From Alphaproteobacteria bacterium (GTDB lineage: Bacteria; Pseudomonadota; Alphaproteobacteria; UBA828), in assembly GCA_965220745.1 (NCBI GenBank), contig CBDCQT010000003.1, positions 1 to 64,000 of the forward strand: a stretch of 64,000 nt of DNA. Direction: 5' to 3'. The notes under the pieces were generated by a model that was not told the DNA's origin, did no database searches, and saw nothing but the letters and a program-made list of their open reading frames with translations. Position numbers and translations under genes: made by a program. The number at the start of each line of letters is the position of its first letter. The first letter of the stretch is position 1. Below, piece after piece: positions 1-11,034 of this stretch.

Positions 1-605
1 CCCGGAACCGGGCGCCGGTCCGTGATGCGCACCGTGAAGCGACCCGTGTCCCCGAACGATGCGCCGCCTGCGGTGAGCCAGTCGGCCGACGCCGCCTCGG
101 TCACGAGGCGCACCGGCTCGCCGGCGAGCAGCGCGGCGGTGACCGCTTTCACCCGCGCGCCTTCGGCGAGGCGCCAGCCGGGGGGCGGTGCGTCGAGGGC
201 AAAGCCCAGGGCCGTGTCACCGGCCGTGGTGATCGCAGCATGGGCGCCGAGGGCATCGGCAATGGTGCGGGCAAGCCGGTTTGCGCCGTGGTGGCCGCCC
301 AGCAGCGGCACGACGCTCTGCCCGTCGTCGGAGACCGCGATCACCGGCGGCTCGGCAGCTTTGTCCGCAAGATGGGGGCCGAGCAGGCGGATGAGGATGC
401 CGGTGGCGCAGATGCCGACGATGGGTGTGCCGGCCCGGAACAGCGCCGCGAGATGGGGCGCGAGGCGCTCATAGGCGACATCGGCGTCGCTTTCGAGCGA
501 CGCGGGGCCGTGGATCGTCGCGCCGGGCAGGGCGGCAACGATGCGGCGCGCGAGCGCCACCTGGCGCGCGTCCAGGATCGCCACGGCGGGAGCCTTCAGC
601 GCCAT
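1..605 (-). CDS. cbiG: CbiG-type cobalamin biosynthesis protein N-terminus (probably a CbiG-CobJ fusion), runs off the window edge
   Basis: Manual translation from ATG at 605: MALKAPAVAILD...IVGICATGILIRLLGPHLADKAAEPPVIAVSDDGQSVVPLLGGHHGANRLA...AAITTAGD, the CbiG N-terminal signature; overlaps the cobI stop. Confidence 0.85.
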   Translation of the reverse strand, partial: MALKAPAVAILDARQVALARRIVAALPGATIHGPASLESDADVAYERLAPHLAALFRAGTPIVGICATGILIRLLGPHLADKAAEPPVIAVSDDGQSVVPLLGGHHGANRLARTIADALGAHAAITTAGDTALGFALDAPPPGWRLAEGARVKAVTAALLAGEPVRLVTEAASADWLTAGGASFGDTGRFTVRITDRRPVP

Positions 606-1297
606 GCCGCGCCCCGCTTGTGGACGATGACCATGGAGAAGTAGGGCGCGGGCGGCTCCACCTCGGCCAGCGGCAGGATGCGCTCCGCCGCCATGGAAGC
701 GCGCTCGACGTAGTGCGCGCGCTGCAGCAGGCCGAGCCCGTCGAGCACGCGGCGCACCTTCTCCAGGTGGCGGCCGACCTTGACGATGGCCGCCGCGTCG
801 CAGTTGGCGAGCTGGGCGGTGAGCCGCTGGTCGTCGAGGGGCGCCGGGATCACCGTGAGCACGTCGTTGCGCGCGGCCAACGGCAGTCCGAGCGCCGCGG
901 CGCAGGCCATTGGCGAGGAGACGCCGGGGATCACCTCCACCTTGTGGCGCCGGGCCAGCCGCTCGAACAGGTAGAGGAAGGAGCCGTAGACGAAGGGGTC
1001 GCCCTCGCAGAGCACCGCGACGTCGCGGCCTCCATCGAGGCGCGCGCCGAGGGTCGCCGCCGCCTCGTCGTAGACTTCCGCCGCGGGAAAGCGACTGGGC
1101 TCCAGCGGCATGCGGATGGCGATCTCCTCCTGTCCGCCGGGGAGGTGGGGTGCTGCGATGCTGCGGGCGAGACTCTTACCCTCGGGCGGTGCGGGGTAGG
1201 CGACCACTTGGGCCCCCTGAAGCGCCTTGAGCGCCTTGAGCGTGATCAGGTCGGGGTCGCCGGGGCCGACGCCGATGCCGCTGAGCAGGCCGGTCAT
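596..1297 (-). CDS. cobI: Precorrin-2 C20-methyltransferase
   Basis: MTGLLSGIGVGPGDPDLITLKA, LCEGDPFVYGS, VIPGVSS, APYFSM motifs; start trimmed to ATG 1297 overlapping the cobL stop. Confidence 0.93.
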   Translation of the reverse strand: MTGLLSGIGVGPGDPDLITLKALKALQGAQVVAYPAPPEGKSLARSIAAPHLPGGQEEIAIRMPLEPSRFPAAEVYDEAAATLGARLDGGRDVAVLCEGDPFVYGSFLYLFERLARRHKVEVIPGVSSPMACAAALGLPLAARNDVLTVIPAPLDDQRLTAQLANCDAAAIVKVGRHLEKVRRVLDGLGLLQRAHYVERASMAAERILPLAEVEPPAPYFSMVIVHKRGAAWR

Positions 1298-2502
1298 CGT
1301 GGCTTGACGAGCGCGAGCTGGGTGACCGGCATCAGCGGGCGCCAGGCGAGGTGGCGGCCCACGGGGCGAGCGCGGGAGACCGCGAGGCGGACCATGATGC
1401 CGTCTTGGCGCGCGCACCAGTCCGCGAGCACCGCCTCGCCGGCCAGGGTGACCGCGTTGGCCACCAGCGTGCCGCCGGGCGCGAGTCTCGCCCAGCAGGT
1501 CTCGATCAGGCCGCCGACGGTGAGCCCGCCTCCGATGAAGACCGCGTCGGGCGCGGGCAACGGCTCCAGCGCCTCCGGCGCCGCGCCCTCCTGCACCGAG
1601 AGGCGCGGCACGCCGAGGGCCGCGGCGTTGCGGGCGATGCGGGCGCAGCGGTCCGCGTTGCGCTCGACTGCGATGGCATTCGCGGTGCGCTCGCTCAGGA
1701 GCCACTCGATCGCCACCGAGCCGGAGCCCGCGCCCACGTCCCAGAGGAGCGCACCGGGCCGGGGGTCGAGCGCGCTCACGGTCTGCACCCGGATCTCGCG
1801 CTTGGTGAGCTGGCCGTCGTTCTCGAACGCGCGGTCGGGCAGGCCCGGCGCGCCGCGAAAGCGCTTCACGCGGCCTTCGGCCCGGCATTCGATGGCGACG
1901 GTGTTGAGGTCCGGCACTTGCGCCTCGCCCCAGCGGTCGGCGCGCTCGGTGACGCAGGCCTCCTCGGCCCCGCCCATGTGCGCGAAGACGGTGAGCGTGC
2001 TCGCGCCGTAGCCGACGGCGGTCAGCTGCGCCGCGACCTGCGCAGGCGTGGCACCGTCGTGCGAGAGCGCCAGCAGGCGCTGCCCCGGCGCGAGGTAGGC
2101 GCGGACGGTCTCCAGCGGGCGGCCGTGCAGGGTCACGCCCACGGTCTCGTCGGCGCTCCAGCCGAGCCGGGCGCGGGCCAGGCTGAAGGCCGACGGCGCC
2201 GGGATGGTCACGATCTCCTCGTCGGGGAAGGCGCGGCGGAGCGTGGTGCCGATGCCGAAGCAGAAGGGATCGCCGGTCGCCAGCACGACGACGCGCTGAC
2301 CGCTCACGGCACGGATGTCGTCCATGGTGCCCGCCAATGGGCGCCGCCAGGTGAGGCGCTGCGCATCGCCGTCCGGGATCATGGCGAGGTGCCGTTCGCC
2401 GCCCACCAGCACCTCCGCCTGCGCGATCAGCGTGCGGGCTGCGGGTGCGAGCGCGTCCGGCCCGTCCTCGCCGAGGCCGATGACCGTGAGCCAGCCGCTC
2501 AT
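1294..2502 (-). CDS. cobL: Precorrin-6Y C5,15-methyltransferase (CbiE/CbiT fusion)
   Basis: VIGLGEDG, LATGDPFCFGIG, GQLTKREIR, LWDVGAGSGS, DAVFIGGG motifs. Confidence 0.93.
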   Translation of the reverse strand: MSGWLTVIGLGEDGPDALAPAARTLIAQAEVLVGGERHLAMIPDGDAQRLTWRRPLAGTMDDIRAVSGQRVVVLATGDPFCFGIGTTLRRAFPDEEIVTIPAPSAFSLARARLGWSADETVGVTLHGRPLETVRAYLAPGQRLLALSHDGATPAQVAAQLTAVGYGASTLTVFAHMGGAEEACVTERADRWGEAQVPDLNTVAIECRAEGRVKRFRGAPGLPDRAFENDGQLTKREIRVQTVSALDPRPGALLWDVGAGSGSVAIEWLLSERTANAIAVERNADRCARIARNAAALGVPRLSVQEGAAPEALEPLPAPDAVFIGGGLTVGGLIETCWARLAPGGTLVANAVTLAGEAVLADWCARQDGIMVRLAVSRARPVGRHLAWRPLMPVTQLALVKPR

Positions 2503-3155
2503 GGGGTGCCCTCGGCCTCGAGCGGCGCCGCGAGCGCGTTCACCGCCGCCGCCGCGACCGCGCTGCCGCCCCGCCGGCCCAGCAGGGTGAGGAAGGGCAC
2601 GCCGTGGGCCCCGTTCGCGAGCGCCGCCTTGGACTCGCTGGCGCCGACGAAGCCGGGGGGCGTCGCGATGATCGCCGCCGGCCGGGGTACGCCCTCGGCC
2701 AGCAGCTCCAGCAGGCGGAAGAGCGCAGTGGGCGCGTTGCCGATGACGCAGAGCGCGCCGGCCAAGTGCGGCCGCCAGAGCTCCACCGCCGCCGCCGAGC
2801 GCGTGGTCCGGGCCGCCGCCGCGCGCGCGGCGAGGCCGGGTGCTGCAAGGGTGCAGATCACCTCGTTGTCCGCCGCGAGCCTGCGGCGGGAGATGCCGGA
2901 CGCCACCATCTGGCAGTCCGCCAGGATGGGGGCGCCGGCGGCAAGCGCGCTCCGCGCCGCTTCCGTCACGTCTGCCGAGAAGGCGAGGTCCGCCACCAGA
3001 TCGGTCATGCCCGAGGCGTGCACCATGCGGTAGGCGACGTCCACCAGGTCCGCCGGCAGTCCGGCGACATCGGTCTCCCGCCGGATGATGGCGAAGGAGC
3101 GCTGCGTGATCCCCTCCGGGTCGCGCAGATAGTCAGCCGTGGCCGTGGCCGCCAT
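2499..3155 (-). CDS. cobH: Precorrin-8X methylmutase
   Basis: YLRDPEGITQRSFAII, RMVHASG, TTRSAAA, IGNAPTAL, GFVGASESK, GRRGGS motifs; start uncertain (3155 or 3170). Confidence 0.92.
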   Translation of the reverse strand: MAATATADYLRDPEGITQRSFAIIRRETDVAGLPADLVDVAYRMVHASGMTDLVADLAFSADVTEAARSALAAGAPILADCQMVASGISRRRLAADNEVICTLAAPGLAARAAAARTTRSAAAVELWRPHLAGALCVIGNAPTALFRLLELLAEGVPRPAAIIATPPGFVGASESKAALANGAHGVPFLTLLGRRGGSAVAAAAVNALAAPLEAEGTP

Positions 3156-4092
3156 GTCCGTCGGTTCCATGATCGTGGTGGTGGCCGTGGTGATGGTGCC
3201 CGTGGCCGCCGGCGTGGTCCGCATCGGTGCCGATGCCCTCGACGTGGTGGTGATGGCCCACCTGGGGCGCGCCGAGGTCGGCCTCGTGCCCGATGATCTG
3301 CTCGCGGTACTTACAGAGCTGGCAGTTCATGCGGTTGTCGCCTTCCGGGATCTCGGCGATGCGCGCGAGGAAGGCGTCCACCACCAGCGGGTGGTCGTTC
3401 AGGTAGGCGGCCTTGCGGAAGGCAACGCCGGGGTGAGCGCGGGCGGCGGCATCCGCCGCGTCGTAGATGCGCCGCACCAGCACGCCGGTGAAGAGGAAGT
3501 AGGGGAAGACCACGATGCGGCGAAAGCCGAAGCCCGCAATCCGCTCCAGCGCCGGCCCGACCAGGGGCGTGGTGACGCCGCTATAACAGGTTTCCGCCCA
3601 GCCGAAGCCCAGGCCCTCCCACAGCATGCGGGTGACCTTGGCGATGTTGCTGTTGGCGTCGGGGTCGGAGGTGCCGCGCCCGACCACGACGAGCAGGCTG
3701 TCGGCAGGCGGGGCGTCGCCGGGCTGCTGGGCAGCCTGGATGCGCTCGGCCGCGGCCCGCAGCAGCAGCGGGTCGACCGCGAGATCGCGGCCGTAGCGGA
3801 TCGCGAGGCCGGGATTGGCGGCGGCGAAGTCGTTCAGCACCGAGGGAATGTCGTTTTTCGCGTGGCCCGCGGCGAAGAGCATGCCGGGCACGGCGTCGAT
3901 GGCGCTGGCGCCGGAATCGCGCATCGCCGCCAGCGTGCTGCCGATGGTGGGCCGCGCGAATTCGAGGAAGCCGTGGCTCACCCGGCGATCCGGCAGACGC
4001 GCGGCAACCACGGCGGCGAGGTGCTCGAACTCGTCGACCGCCGCGTCGTCCCGGCTGCCGTGGCCGCAGAGCAGCACCGCAGGCGCGCTCAT
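3133..4092 (-). CDS. cbiX: Long-form sirohydrochlorin cobaltochelatase CbiX with MxCxxC motif and His-rich tail
   Basis: GHGSRD, FLEFARP, AAGHAKNDIP, GRGTSDPDAN, PYFLFTG, MNCQLCKYR, C-terminal HHHH...HGHHHHGHHHDH. Confidence 0.9.
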   Translation of the reverse strand: MSAPAVLLCGHGSRDDAAVDEFEHLAAVVAARLPDRRVSHGFLEFARPTIGSTLAAMRDSGASAIDAVPGMLFAAGHAKNDIPSVLNDFAAANPGLAIRYGRDLAVDPLLLRAAAERIQAAQQPGDAPPADSLLVVVGRGTSDPDANSNIAKVTRMLWEGLGFGWAETCYSGVTTPLVGPALERIAGFGFRRIVVFPYFLFTGVLVRRIYDAADAAARAHPGVAFRKAAYLNDHPLVVDAFLARIAEIPEGDNRMNCQLCKYREQIIGHEADLGAPQVGHHHHVEGIGTDADHAGGHGHHHHGHHHDHGTDGHGGHGHG

Positions 4093-4148
4093 CGCCCGCC
4101 TCCATTCCGTCCATTGACCGGCACGCCAGCCCTTTCCATTGTGGATCG

Positions 4149-5147
4149 ATGCTCCTCTTCGCCGCACCCGACTGGCCCATCGGCCAGGCGGTGCCGTTCA
4201 TCCTTCTCGCCGCGCTCGCGCTCGATGCGCTGATCGGCGACCCGCGCTGGCTGCCGCACCCGGTGCGCCTGATGGGCTGGCTCACCGGCCTCATGGACCG
4301 CGCCCTCAACCGGGAGCGCCTGGGCGAGGGCGCCCGTGTGCTCCTGGGCGGGGTCGCGGCGCTGCTGGTGGTGGGCGTGAGCGCCGTCGCCGGCTGGGCC
4401 GTCGCCCACAACGCGGCCATGCTCGCCTGGGGCTGGCTCGCCGAGCTTGCCCTGGTCGCGACCCTGCTCGCGCAGCGCACCATGGCCGATCACATGGTGC
4501 GGGTGGCGCGTGCGCTGGATGCGGGCGTGGAACCGGCGCGGGCCGAGCTGCGTCACATCGTCGGCCGCGAGGTTCATGCCCTCGATGAGCACGCCATCGC
4601 CCGCGCGGCGATCGAGAGCGGTGCCGAGAACTATTCCGACGGCGTGGTGGCGCCGGCCTTCTGGTATTTGCTGCTCGGCCTGCCGGGGTTGCTCGCCTAC
4701 AAGGCGATCAACACCATGGACAGCATGATCGGCCACCGCTCGCCCCGCCATCACGCCTTCGGCCGCGCGGCGGCGCGCCTCGACGATGCGGTGAACTGGC
4801 TGCCGGCGCGGATTGCGGGCGGATTGGTCGGGCTGGCGGCGCTCGTCGTCCCCGGCGCCGCGCCGGGCCGGGCGTGGCGCACCATGCTGCGCGATGCGCC
4901 CAGGCACAGCTCGCCCAACGCCGGCTGGCCCGAGGCCGCGATGGCAGGCGCGCTCGGCCTCGCCCTGCTGGGGCCGCGTCAGTACGAGGGCGAGGGGGCG
5001 GCCGACGAAGCCTGGCTCGGCGACGGCCGCAGGGAGGCGACGGCGCATGATCTCGGGCGCACGGTGTGGGTGTTCGCGGTGGCGTGCGCATTGGTGGCGG
5101 TGCTGACCGCCGCCATCGCCGCCGGAATGGTGCTCGGCGCGGTGTAG
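4149..5147 (+). CDS. cobD: Adenosylcobinamide-phosphate synthase CobD/CbiB
   Basis: GDPRWLPHPV, IVGR, AENYSDGVVAP, YKAINTMDSMIGH, SPNAGWPEAAMAGAL motifs; hydrophobic. Confidence 0.93.
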   Translation: MLLFAAPDWPIGQAVPFILLAALALDALIGDPRWLPHPVRLMGWLTGLMDRALNRERLGEGARVLLGGVAALLVVGVSAVAGWAVAHNAAMLAWGWLAELALVATLLAQRTMADHMVRVARALDAGVEPARAELRHIVGREVHALDEHAIARAAIESGAENYSDGVVAPAFWYLLLGLPGLLAYKAINTMDSMIGHRSPRHHAFGRAAARLDDAVNWLPARIAGGLVGLAALVVPGAAPGRAWRTMLRDAPRHSSPNAGWPEAAMAGALGLALLGPRQYEGEGAADEAWLGDGRREATAHDLGRTVWVFAVACALVAVLTAAIAAGMVLGAV

Positions 5148-5154
5148 CTGGACT

Positions 5155-6657
5155 TCAACGCGCACGGGCCGCCTCCAGCAGGCGGTCGAGGTCGAGATGG
5201 GCCTCGAGATGGGCGCCAAGGGCATCCAGGGTCTCCTCCACCAGGGCATCGTAGGCGACGCCGGCGCTCTCCCGCTCCCGCAGCCGGCCGAGGAAGGCGC
5301 GCCGAAAGCCGTCGGCGGCGAAGAGGCCGTGCAGGTAGCAGCCCATGACCCGGCCGTTCGGCGCCCGCGCGCCGTCAGGGCCGCTTTCGAGGCGGACCAG
5401 CGGGCGCGCGGTGTCGGACCCCGTGGTCTCCCCCATGTGCATTTCGTAGCCCGCGACCGCCTCGCCGCCCTCGCTGGCATGGCCGGAGGCACGGACGAGG
5501 CGCTTGCCCGCGCTCATCACCGTCTCGACATCGAGGAGGCCGAGTCCCGGCGTCTCGCCGGGCGGCCCTTCGATGCCGGCGGGGTCGGCGACGCGGCTTC
5601 CCAGCATCTGGTAGCCGCCGCAGAGGCCCACCACCCAGCCGCCGCGCCGCACGTGCGCCTGAATGTCGAGCGTCCAGCCCTCGGCATGAAGCGCCTCCAG
5701 GTCGCTGCGGGTCGCCTTGCTCCCCGGCAGCAGCACGAGGTCGGCATCCCCCGGCAGCGCGCGGCCCGGCGGCACGATGTCGAGCACCGTATCGGGCTCG
5801 GCGCGGAGCGGATCGAGGTCGTCGGTGTTCGAGATGCGCGGCAGGCGGGGCACGGCGATCTTGATGGCGCGGCCGGTGGCGGCCGCGGTCGCCGGTGCCG
5901 CCGGCGTCGAGTCCAGGCCGACGCTGTCCTCGGCCGGCAGCAGACGGGCGCCGTCGAACCAGGGCACCAGACCGAGCGCAGCCCACCCGGTTCGTTCCTC
6001 GATGATCGCATTGGCGTCGTCGAAGAGCGTGGCATCGCCCCGGAACTTGTTGATGAGAAAGCCCCTGGTCAGCGCGCGCTCCGCCGCCGGCAGAAGCGCC
6101 CAGGTGCCGACCAGGCTTGCGATCACGCCGCCACGGTCCACATCGCCCACCAGCGCCACCGGCACGCCGGCCGCCAGGGCGAAGCCCATGTTGGCGATGT
6201 CGTTCTGCCGCAGGTTGACCTCGGCCGGGCTGCCCGCGCCTTCCACCAGGATCAGGTCGGCGTCCTGGCCCAATCGCTCGAAACTCTCCAGCACGGGCGG
6301 CATCAGTTCGGCCTTGAGCGCGTGGTAGCCGCGCGCGTCGGCGGTGCCGGTCACGCTGCCCTGCACCACCACCTGGGCGCCGTGCTCGCTCTCGGGCTTG
6401 AGCAGCACCGGGTTCATGTCGGCGGACGGCTCGATGCCGGCGGCTCGCGCCTGCAGCGCCTGAGCACGGCCGATCTCGCGCCCGTCGCCCGCCACCGCGG
6501 CGTTGTTGGACATGTTCTGCGGCTTGAAGGGGCGCACGCGGAGACCGCGCGCGGCATAGGCGCGACAGAGCCCGGCCACCAGCAGGGACTTGCCGACGTT
6601 GGAGCCGGTGCCCTGGAACATCAGGGCCGGCGGCCCTTGTGGGGCGGCGCGGGCCAT
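5155..6657 (-). CDS. cobQ: Cobyric acid synthase
   Basis: [50 protein letters not shown]. Confidence 0.95.
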   Translation of the reverse strand: MARAAPQGPPALMFQGTGSNVGKSLLVAGLCRAYAARGLRVRPFKPQNMSNNAAVAGDGREIGRAQALQARAAGIEPSADMNPVLLKPESEHGAQVVVQGSVTGTADARGYHALKAELMPPVLESFERLGQDADLILVEGAGSPAEVNLRQNDIANMGFALAAGVPVALVGDVDRGGVIASLVGTWALLPAAERALTRGFLINKFRGDATLFDDANAIIEERTGWAALGLVPWFDGARLLPAEDSVGLDSTPAAPATAAATGRAIKIAVPRLPRISNTDDLDPLRAEPDTVLDIVPPGRALPGDADLVLLPGSKATRSDLEALHAEGWTLDIQAHVRRGGWVVGLCGGYQMLGSRVADPAGIEGPPGETPGLGLLDVETVMSAGKRLVRASGHASEGGEAVAGYEMHMGETTGSDTARPLVRLESGPDGARAPNGRVMGCYLHGLFAADGFRRAFLGRLRERESAGVAYDALVEETLDALGAHLEAHLDLDRLLEAARAR

Positions 6658-7280
6658 CAGAACTCGATGCCCACCTGCGCCTTCACGCCGGCGCGGAAGG
6701 GATGCTTGATCTCGGTCATCTCGGTCACGAGATCGGCCATCTCGATCAGCGCGGGCTTGGCGTTGCGGCCGGTGACCACGACGTGCTGGTCGGGATTGCG
6801 CGCGGCGAGCCCGGCGAGCACGTCGTCGAGGTCGAGATAGTCGTAGCGCAGCACGATGTTGAGCTCGTCCAGCACCACGAGGCGGTAGGAGGGGTCGGCG
6901 AGGAACTCCTTGGCCGCCTCCCACGCGTTGCGCGCGGCGGCGAGGTCGCGCTGGCGGTCCTGCGTGTCCCAGGTGAAGCCCTCGCCCATCACCCGCACCG
7001 TAACGAGGTCGGGGAAGCGCTCCAGCACCGCGCGCTCGCCGGTCGCCCACTTGCCCTTCACGAACTGCACGATGCCCACCTTCATGCCGTTGCCGATGGC
7101 GCGGGCGGCGAGGCCGAAGGCGGCAGTCGACTTGCCCTTGCCCTTGCCGGTGTGGACGATGAGCAGGCCCTTCTCGATGGTCTTGGTGGCCAGCATGCGC
7201 TCGCGCGCGGCCTTGCGCTTGCGCATCTTCTCGGCATGGCGCTGGTCGAGCTCGGCCTCGGTCTCGTGCTTGCGAGCCAT
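6657..7280 (-). CDS. cobO: Cob(I)yrinic acid a,c-diamide adenosyltransferase
   Basis: [39 protein letters not shown]. Confidence 0.95.
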   Translation of the reverse strand: MARKHETEAELDQRHAEKMRKRKAARERMLATKTIEKGLLIVHTGKGKGKSTAAFGLAARAIGNGMKVGIVQFVKGKWATGERAVLERFPDLVTVRVMGEGFTWDTQDRQRDLAAARNAWEAAKEFLADPSYRLVVLDELNIVLRYDYLDLDDVLAGLAARNPDQHVVVTGRNAKPALIEMADLVTEMTEIKHPFRAGVKAQVGIEF

Positions 7281-10200
7281 CAGAGTGCCTCCTGCCGGCC
7301 GTCGCGGAGCGCCGCGAGCAGCGTATGCGCGTGGTTCGCGCGCGGCCGCCAGAGGCTCCGCTCCTGCGCTTCCAGCAGCCGCTCGGCGAGCTCGCGCAGC
7401 GCCGCCGGGTTGGCGTCGGCCATGAAGTCCCGCACGTCGTCGTCCGCCACGTAGGCGTCGAACACCGCGTCGAAGTGGTGGTCCTTCACCGCGCCGGTGG
7501 TGGCGGCGAAGGCGAAGAGGTAGTCCACCGTCGCCGCGATCTCGAAGGCGCCCTTGTAGCCGTGGCGCATGACGCCCTGGATCCACTTGGGGTTGGTCAC
7601 CCGCGCGCGCACCACGCGGCCGAGCTCGTCGGCCAGCGTGCGGATGCGCGGGTTGTCGGGCACCGAATGGTCGTTGTGATAGAGCGCGGGCGCGCGGCCG
7701 GCGTGGACCGTCACCGCCGCCGCGAGGCCGCCCTCGAACTGGTAGTAGTCGTCGCTGTCGAGCAGGTCGTGCTCGCGGTTGTCCTGGTTCTGCACCACCA
7801 CCTCGACCGCGCCGAGGCGGCGCTCGAAGAGCTTGTGCTCGGCCGCGCCCCCTTCGCCCGCGCCGTAGGCCCAGCCGCCCCAGGCGACGTAGGCGGCGGC
7901 CAGATCGCTGGCGTCCGCCCAGCCGCGCTCGTCGATCAGCGCCTGCAGGCCGGCACCGTAGGCGCCCGGCTTCGAGCCGAAGACCCGGTAGGAGGCGAGG
8001 CGCCGGGCGCGGGCCTCGGACGTGCCGTTGCCGGCGAGCGTCGCGGCATCGGCGGCGACCTTGGCGGCGAGCGGATTGTCGTCCGGGTCTTCGTCGAGCG
8101 CGGCGACCGCGCGGACGGCAGAATCGAAGAGGTCGATCAGGCCGGGGAAGGCATCGCGGAAGAAGCCCGAGACCCGGAGCGTCACGTCCACCCTGGGTCG
8201 GTCGAGCAGGCCGAGCGGCATGATCTCGAAGCCAGTGACGCGGCCGGACGGTCCCTCCCAGCGGGGCCGCGCGCCCATGAGTGCCAAGGCCTGTGCGATG
8301 TCGTCCCCGCCCGTCCGCATGTTGGACGTGCCCCAGGCGCTGAGCGCCATCGCCCGCGGCCAGTCGCCGTGGGTCTGGGCGTAGTGCTCCACCAGGAGCT
8401 GCGCCGATTGCCAGCCGAGCTGCCAGGCCGCGGCGGTGGGCACCTGGCGCGTGTCCACCGAATAGAAGTTCCGGCCCGTGGGCAGCACGTCCGGCCGACC
8501 GCGCGTGGGCGCACCGGCAGCGCCAGGCGCAACGAAGCGGCCGTCGAGGGCCGCGAGCAGGCCGGCGGTCTCGGCGTCTGGGCTGGCGTCGAGCGCAGGG
8601 CCGATGGTCTCGGCGACCTCGTGCAGCACGGCGGCGCTCGCAGCCCATTCGCCGGGCACGCGGTACGTGCCGGCGATCAGGCTGGCCGCGAGTGTCTCCA
8701 GCCGCTCCACCGTGTCGCCGGTGCTGCGCCAGGACGCGCCGTTGGCGAGGGCCTCCGGCCGCGGGCCTCGCCAGGGCGCGCCCAGCGGGGCGGAGAGGGG
8801 ATCGATGTCGAGGGCGAGATCGTCGGCGAGCGCGCGCAGCAAGGATGCTTCGCCAGTGCCGGGGCCACGCACGCTCCGCGCGATGGCCCGCAGCAGCTCG
8901 ATGCGGCGCTCGGGCGCGGGCGCCTCACCGAAGACATGGAGCCCGTCGCGGATCTGCATCTCCTTGATTTCGCAGAGATAGCCATCGAGCTTGCGGAGCG
9001 CGTCGTCGCTGCCATCGGTGGCCTGGATGCCGCAATCCTGGTCGAGCCCGGCAGACGCGGCAAGCTCCAGGATGCGCGCGCTCAAGGGTGGACAGCGGCG
9101 CGGATCGACCGAAGCGGCGTCGAAGAACTCGTCGACCAGCCGCTCCAGCTCCTCCAGCGCGCCGTGGCTGCCGGCACGGGTGAGCGGCGGGGTCAGATGG
9201 TCGACGATGACGGCCGCACCGCGCCGCTTGGCCTGGCTGCCCTCGCCGGGGTCGTTCACGATGAAGGGATAGACGTGCGGGAGCGGCCCGAGCGCGGCCT
9301 CCGGAAAGCATTCGGCGGAGAGCGCGAGCGCCTTGCCCGGCAGCCATTCCACGTTGCCGTGCTTGCCCACGTGCACCACCGCGTGGGCGTCGAGGCCCGC
9401 GCGCAGCCAGGCGTAGAAGGCGAGGTAGCCGTGCGGCGGAGGCAGGTCGGGATCGTGGTAGCTCTTCTCGGGGTCGATGTTGTAGCCGCGCGCCGGCTGG
9501 ACCGCGACGACGACGTTGCCGAAGCGCACCGCAGAGAGCGCGAAGCTCGCTTCCACCGGACGGAATAAGGGGTCGTCCTCCGGCGCGCCCCAGCGGTCAG
9601 AGACCGTTGCCCGCACGGTCTTGGGCAGGGCCGCGAAGAAGCGCGCGTAGTCGGCGGCCGGCAGCGTGGCCTCGGCCGGGCGGGTCGCGGCGTCGGCGGC
9701 GTTGGTGGGGCCCGCCTGGAGCCTCGCCATCAGCGCGGCGCCGTCCTTGGGCGGGGTCTCCACCCGGTAGCCGGCATCGGCGAGGGCGGCCATGATCCGC
9801 ACCGTGCTCGCCGGGGTATCGAGGCCGACGCCGTTGCCGATGCGCCCGTCGCGGTTGGGGTAGTTGGCGAGCACCAGGGCGATGCGGCGCTCCGCCGGCG
9901 TGGTGCGCGCGAGACGCACCCAGGCGGCAGCAAGGGCGGCCACGAAACGGCAGCGGTCCTCGTTCGCCTCCGACACCACGATGGGCGCCTGCGTGGCCTC
10001 GTCGAAGCGCGCCTCGGTCTTGAAGGCGACAGCGCGGGTGAGGATGCGCCCGTCCACCTCCGGCAGCGCCACGTTCATGGCGATATCGCGGGGCGAGAGG
10101 CCGCGCGTGGCGTCGGCCCACTGCCGCTCGGTCGCGCCGGCGAAGATCGCCTGCAGCACCGGCACGCCGGCCTCTGCGAAGGGGGTCTCCTGCGGCGCGC

Positions 10201-11020
10201 CGGGGCGGGAGACCGCGAAGCCCGTGGCGTTGAGGACGATATCGGGCTGGGTCGTGCGCATGAGCGTGCCGATCAGCTCCGCCGCCGGCGCATCGCGCAG
10301 GCTGGTGACGAAGATGGGCAACGGGTCGAGCCCTTCCTCCCGTAGTGCCGCCACCAGCGCATCGACGGGCGCGAGCGAGCCGGCCTGGAGCAGCGCCCGG
10401 TAGAAGACCACCGCCGCGCGGGGCCTGCCGGCGCGCCAGCGGGCCATCACGTCTTCAAGCGCGAGGACGCCTTCGCCCGGCCAGTAGAGGCCCGCGCGGG
10501 GCACGGGCCGGGGCGGGCGCCAGTCTGCCGCCTGCCCGATCAGCGTGGCGGCGTAGCGGAGCGCGTCCTCGGCGTTGTCGATGCCGCCCTGGGTGCAGAA
10601 GCGCCAGAGCGTCTCCGCCGCCTCGGGTGCGAGTGTGCTGCGGGTGGCGAGACCGGCGTCCGGCTTGTCGTCGCCCGGCAGCCAGGCGATGGGAATGCTG
10701 TGCGCGGTGCAGACGGCGCTCAGCCGCTCGACGCCGTAGGGCCAGTAGCTCTCGCCGCCCAGCAGCCGCACGATCACCAGCCGCGCGCCGGCGACCACGT
10801 GCTCGGCGTAGCGGTCGACCGAGAGGTTGTGGCCGAGCTGCATCAGGTTCGCGAGGCGGAGCGTCGGCGCGCCCGCGCCCAGCCTCGTCTGCGCCTGGGC
10901 GAAGCAGGCGAGCTCGGTGTCGGCGGCGGAGAGCAGCACGATGTCCCCCGGCGACTGGCCGAGGTCCACCGCCTCCCCGCCATCTTCGATGGCACCGGGC
11001 TGCGCCGCGAGCAGGTGCAA
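7280..11020 (-). CDS. cobN: Cobaltochelatase large subunit
   Basis: 1246 aa; MHLL start, [46 protein letters not shown]. Confidence 0.96.
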   Translation of the reverse strand: MHLLAAQPGAIEDGGEAVDLGQSPGDIVLLSAADTELACFAQAQTRLGAGAPTLRLANLMQLGHNLSVDRYAEHVVAGARLVIVRLLGGESYWPYGVERLSAVCTAHSIPIAWLPGDDKPDAGLATRSTLAPEAAETLWRFCTQGGIDNAEDALRYAATLIGQAADWRPPRPVPRAGLYWPGEGVLALEDVMARWRAGRPRAAVVFYRALLQAGSLAPVDALVAALREEGLDPLPIFVTSLRDAPAAELIGTLMRTTQPDIVLNATGFAVSRPGAPQETPFAEAGVPVLQAIFAGATERQWADATRGLSPRDIAMNVALPEVDGRILTRAVAFKTEARFDEATQAPIVVSEANEDRCRFVAALAAAWVRLARTTPAERRIALVLANYPNRDGRIGNGVGLDTPASTVRIMAALADAGYRVETPPKDGAALMARLQAGPTNAADAATRPAEATLPAADYARFFAALPKTVRATVSDRWGAPEDDPLFRPVEASFALSAVRFGNVVVAVQPARGYNIDPEKSYHDPDLPPPHGYLAFYAWLRAGLDAHAVVHVGKHGNVEWLPGKALALSAECFPEAALGPLPHVYPFIVNDPGEGSQAKRRGAAVIVDHLTPPLTRAGSHGALEELERLVDEFFDAASVDPRRCPPLSARILELAASAGLDQDCGIQATDGSDDALRKLDGYLCEIKEMQIRDGLHVFGEAPAPERRIELLRAIARSVRGPGTGEASLLRALADDLALDIDPLSAPLGAPWRGPRPEALANGASWRSTGDTVERLETLAASLIAGTYRVPGEWAASAAVLHEVAETIGPALDASPDAETAGLLAALDGRFVAPGAAGAPTRGRPDVLPTGRNFYSVDTRQVPTAAAWQLGWQSAQLLVEHYAQTHGDWPRAMALSAWGTSNMRTGGDDIAQALALMGARPRWEGPSGRVTGFEIMPLGLLDRPRVDVTLRVSGFFRDAFPGLIDLFDSAVRAVAALDEDPDDNPLAAKVAADAATLAGNGTSEARARRLASYRVFGSKPGAYGAGLQALIDERGWADASDLAAAYVAWGGWAYGAGEGGAAEHKLFERRLGAVEVVVQNQDNREHDLLDSDDYYQFEGGLAAAVTVHAGRAPALYHNDHSVPDNPRIRTLADELGRVVRARVTNPKWIQGVMRHGYKGAFEIAATVDYLFAFAATTGAVKDHHFDAVFDAYVADDDVRDFMADANPAALRELAERLLEAQERSLWRPRANHAHTLLAALRDGRQEAL

Positions 11021-11034
11021 GACCGGGGCTCCCC

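Noticed and set aside
3156-3224. Thr-rich N-terminal extension of CobH in the ORF track
   Set aside because: It is the alternate-frame reading of the CbiX His-rich tail.
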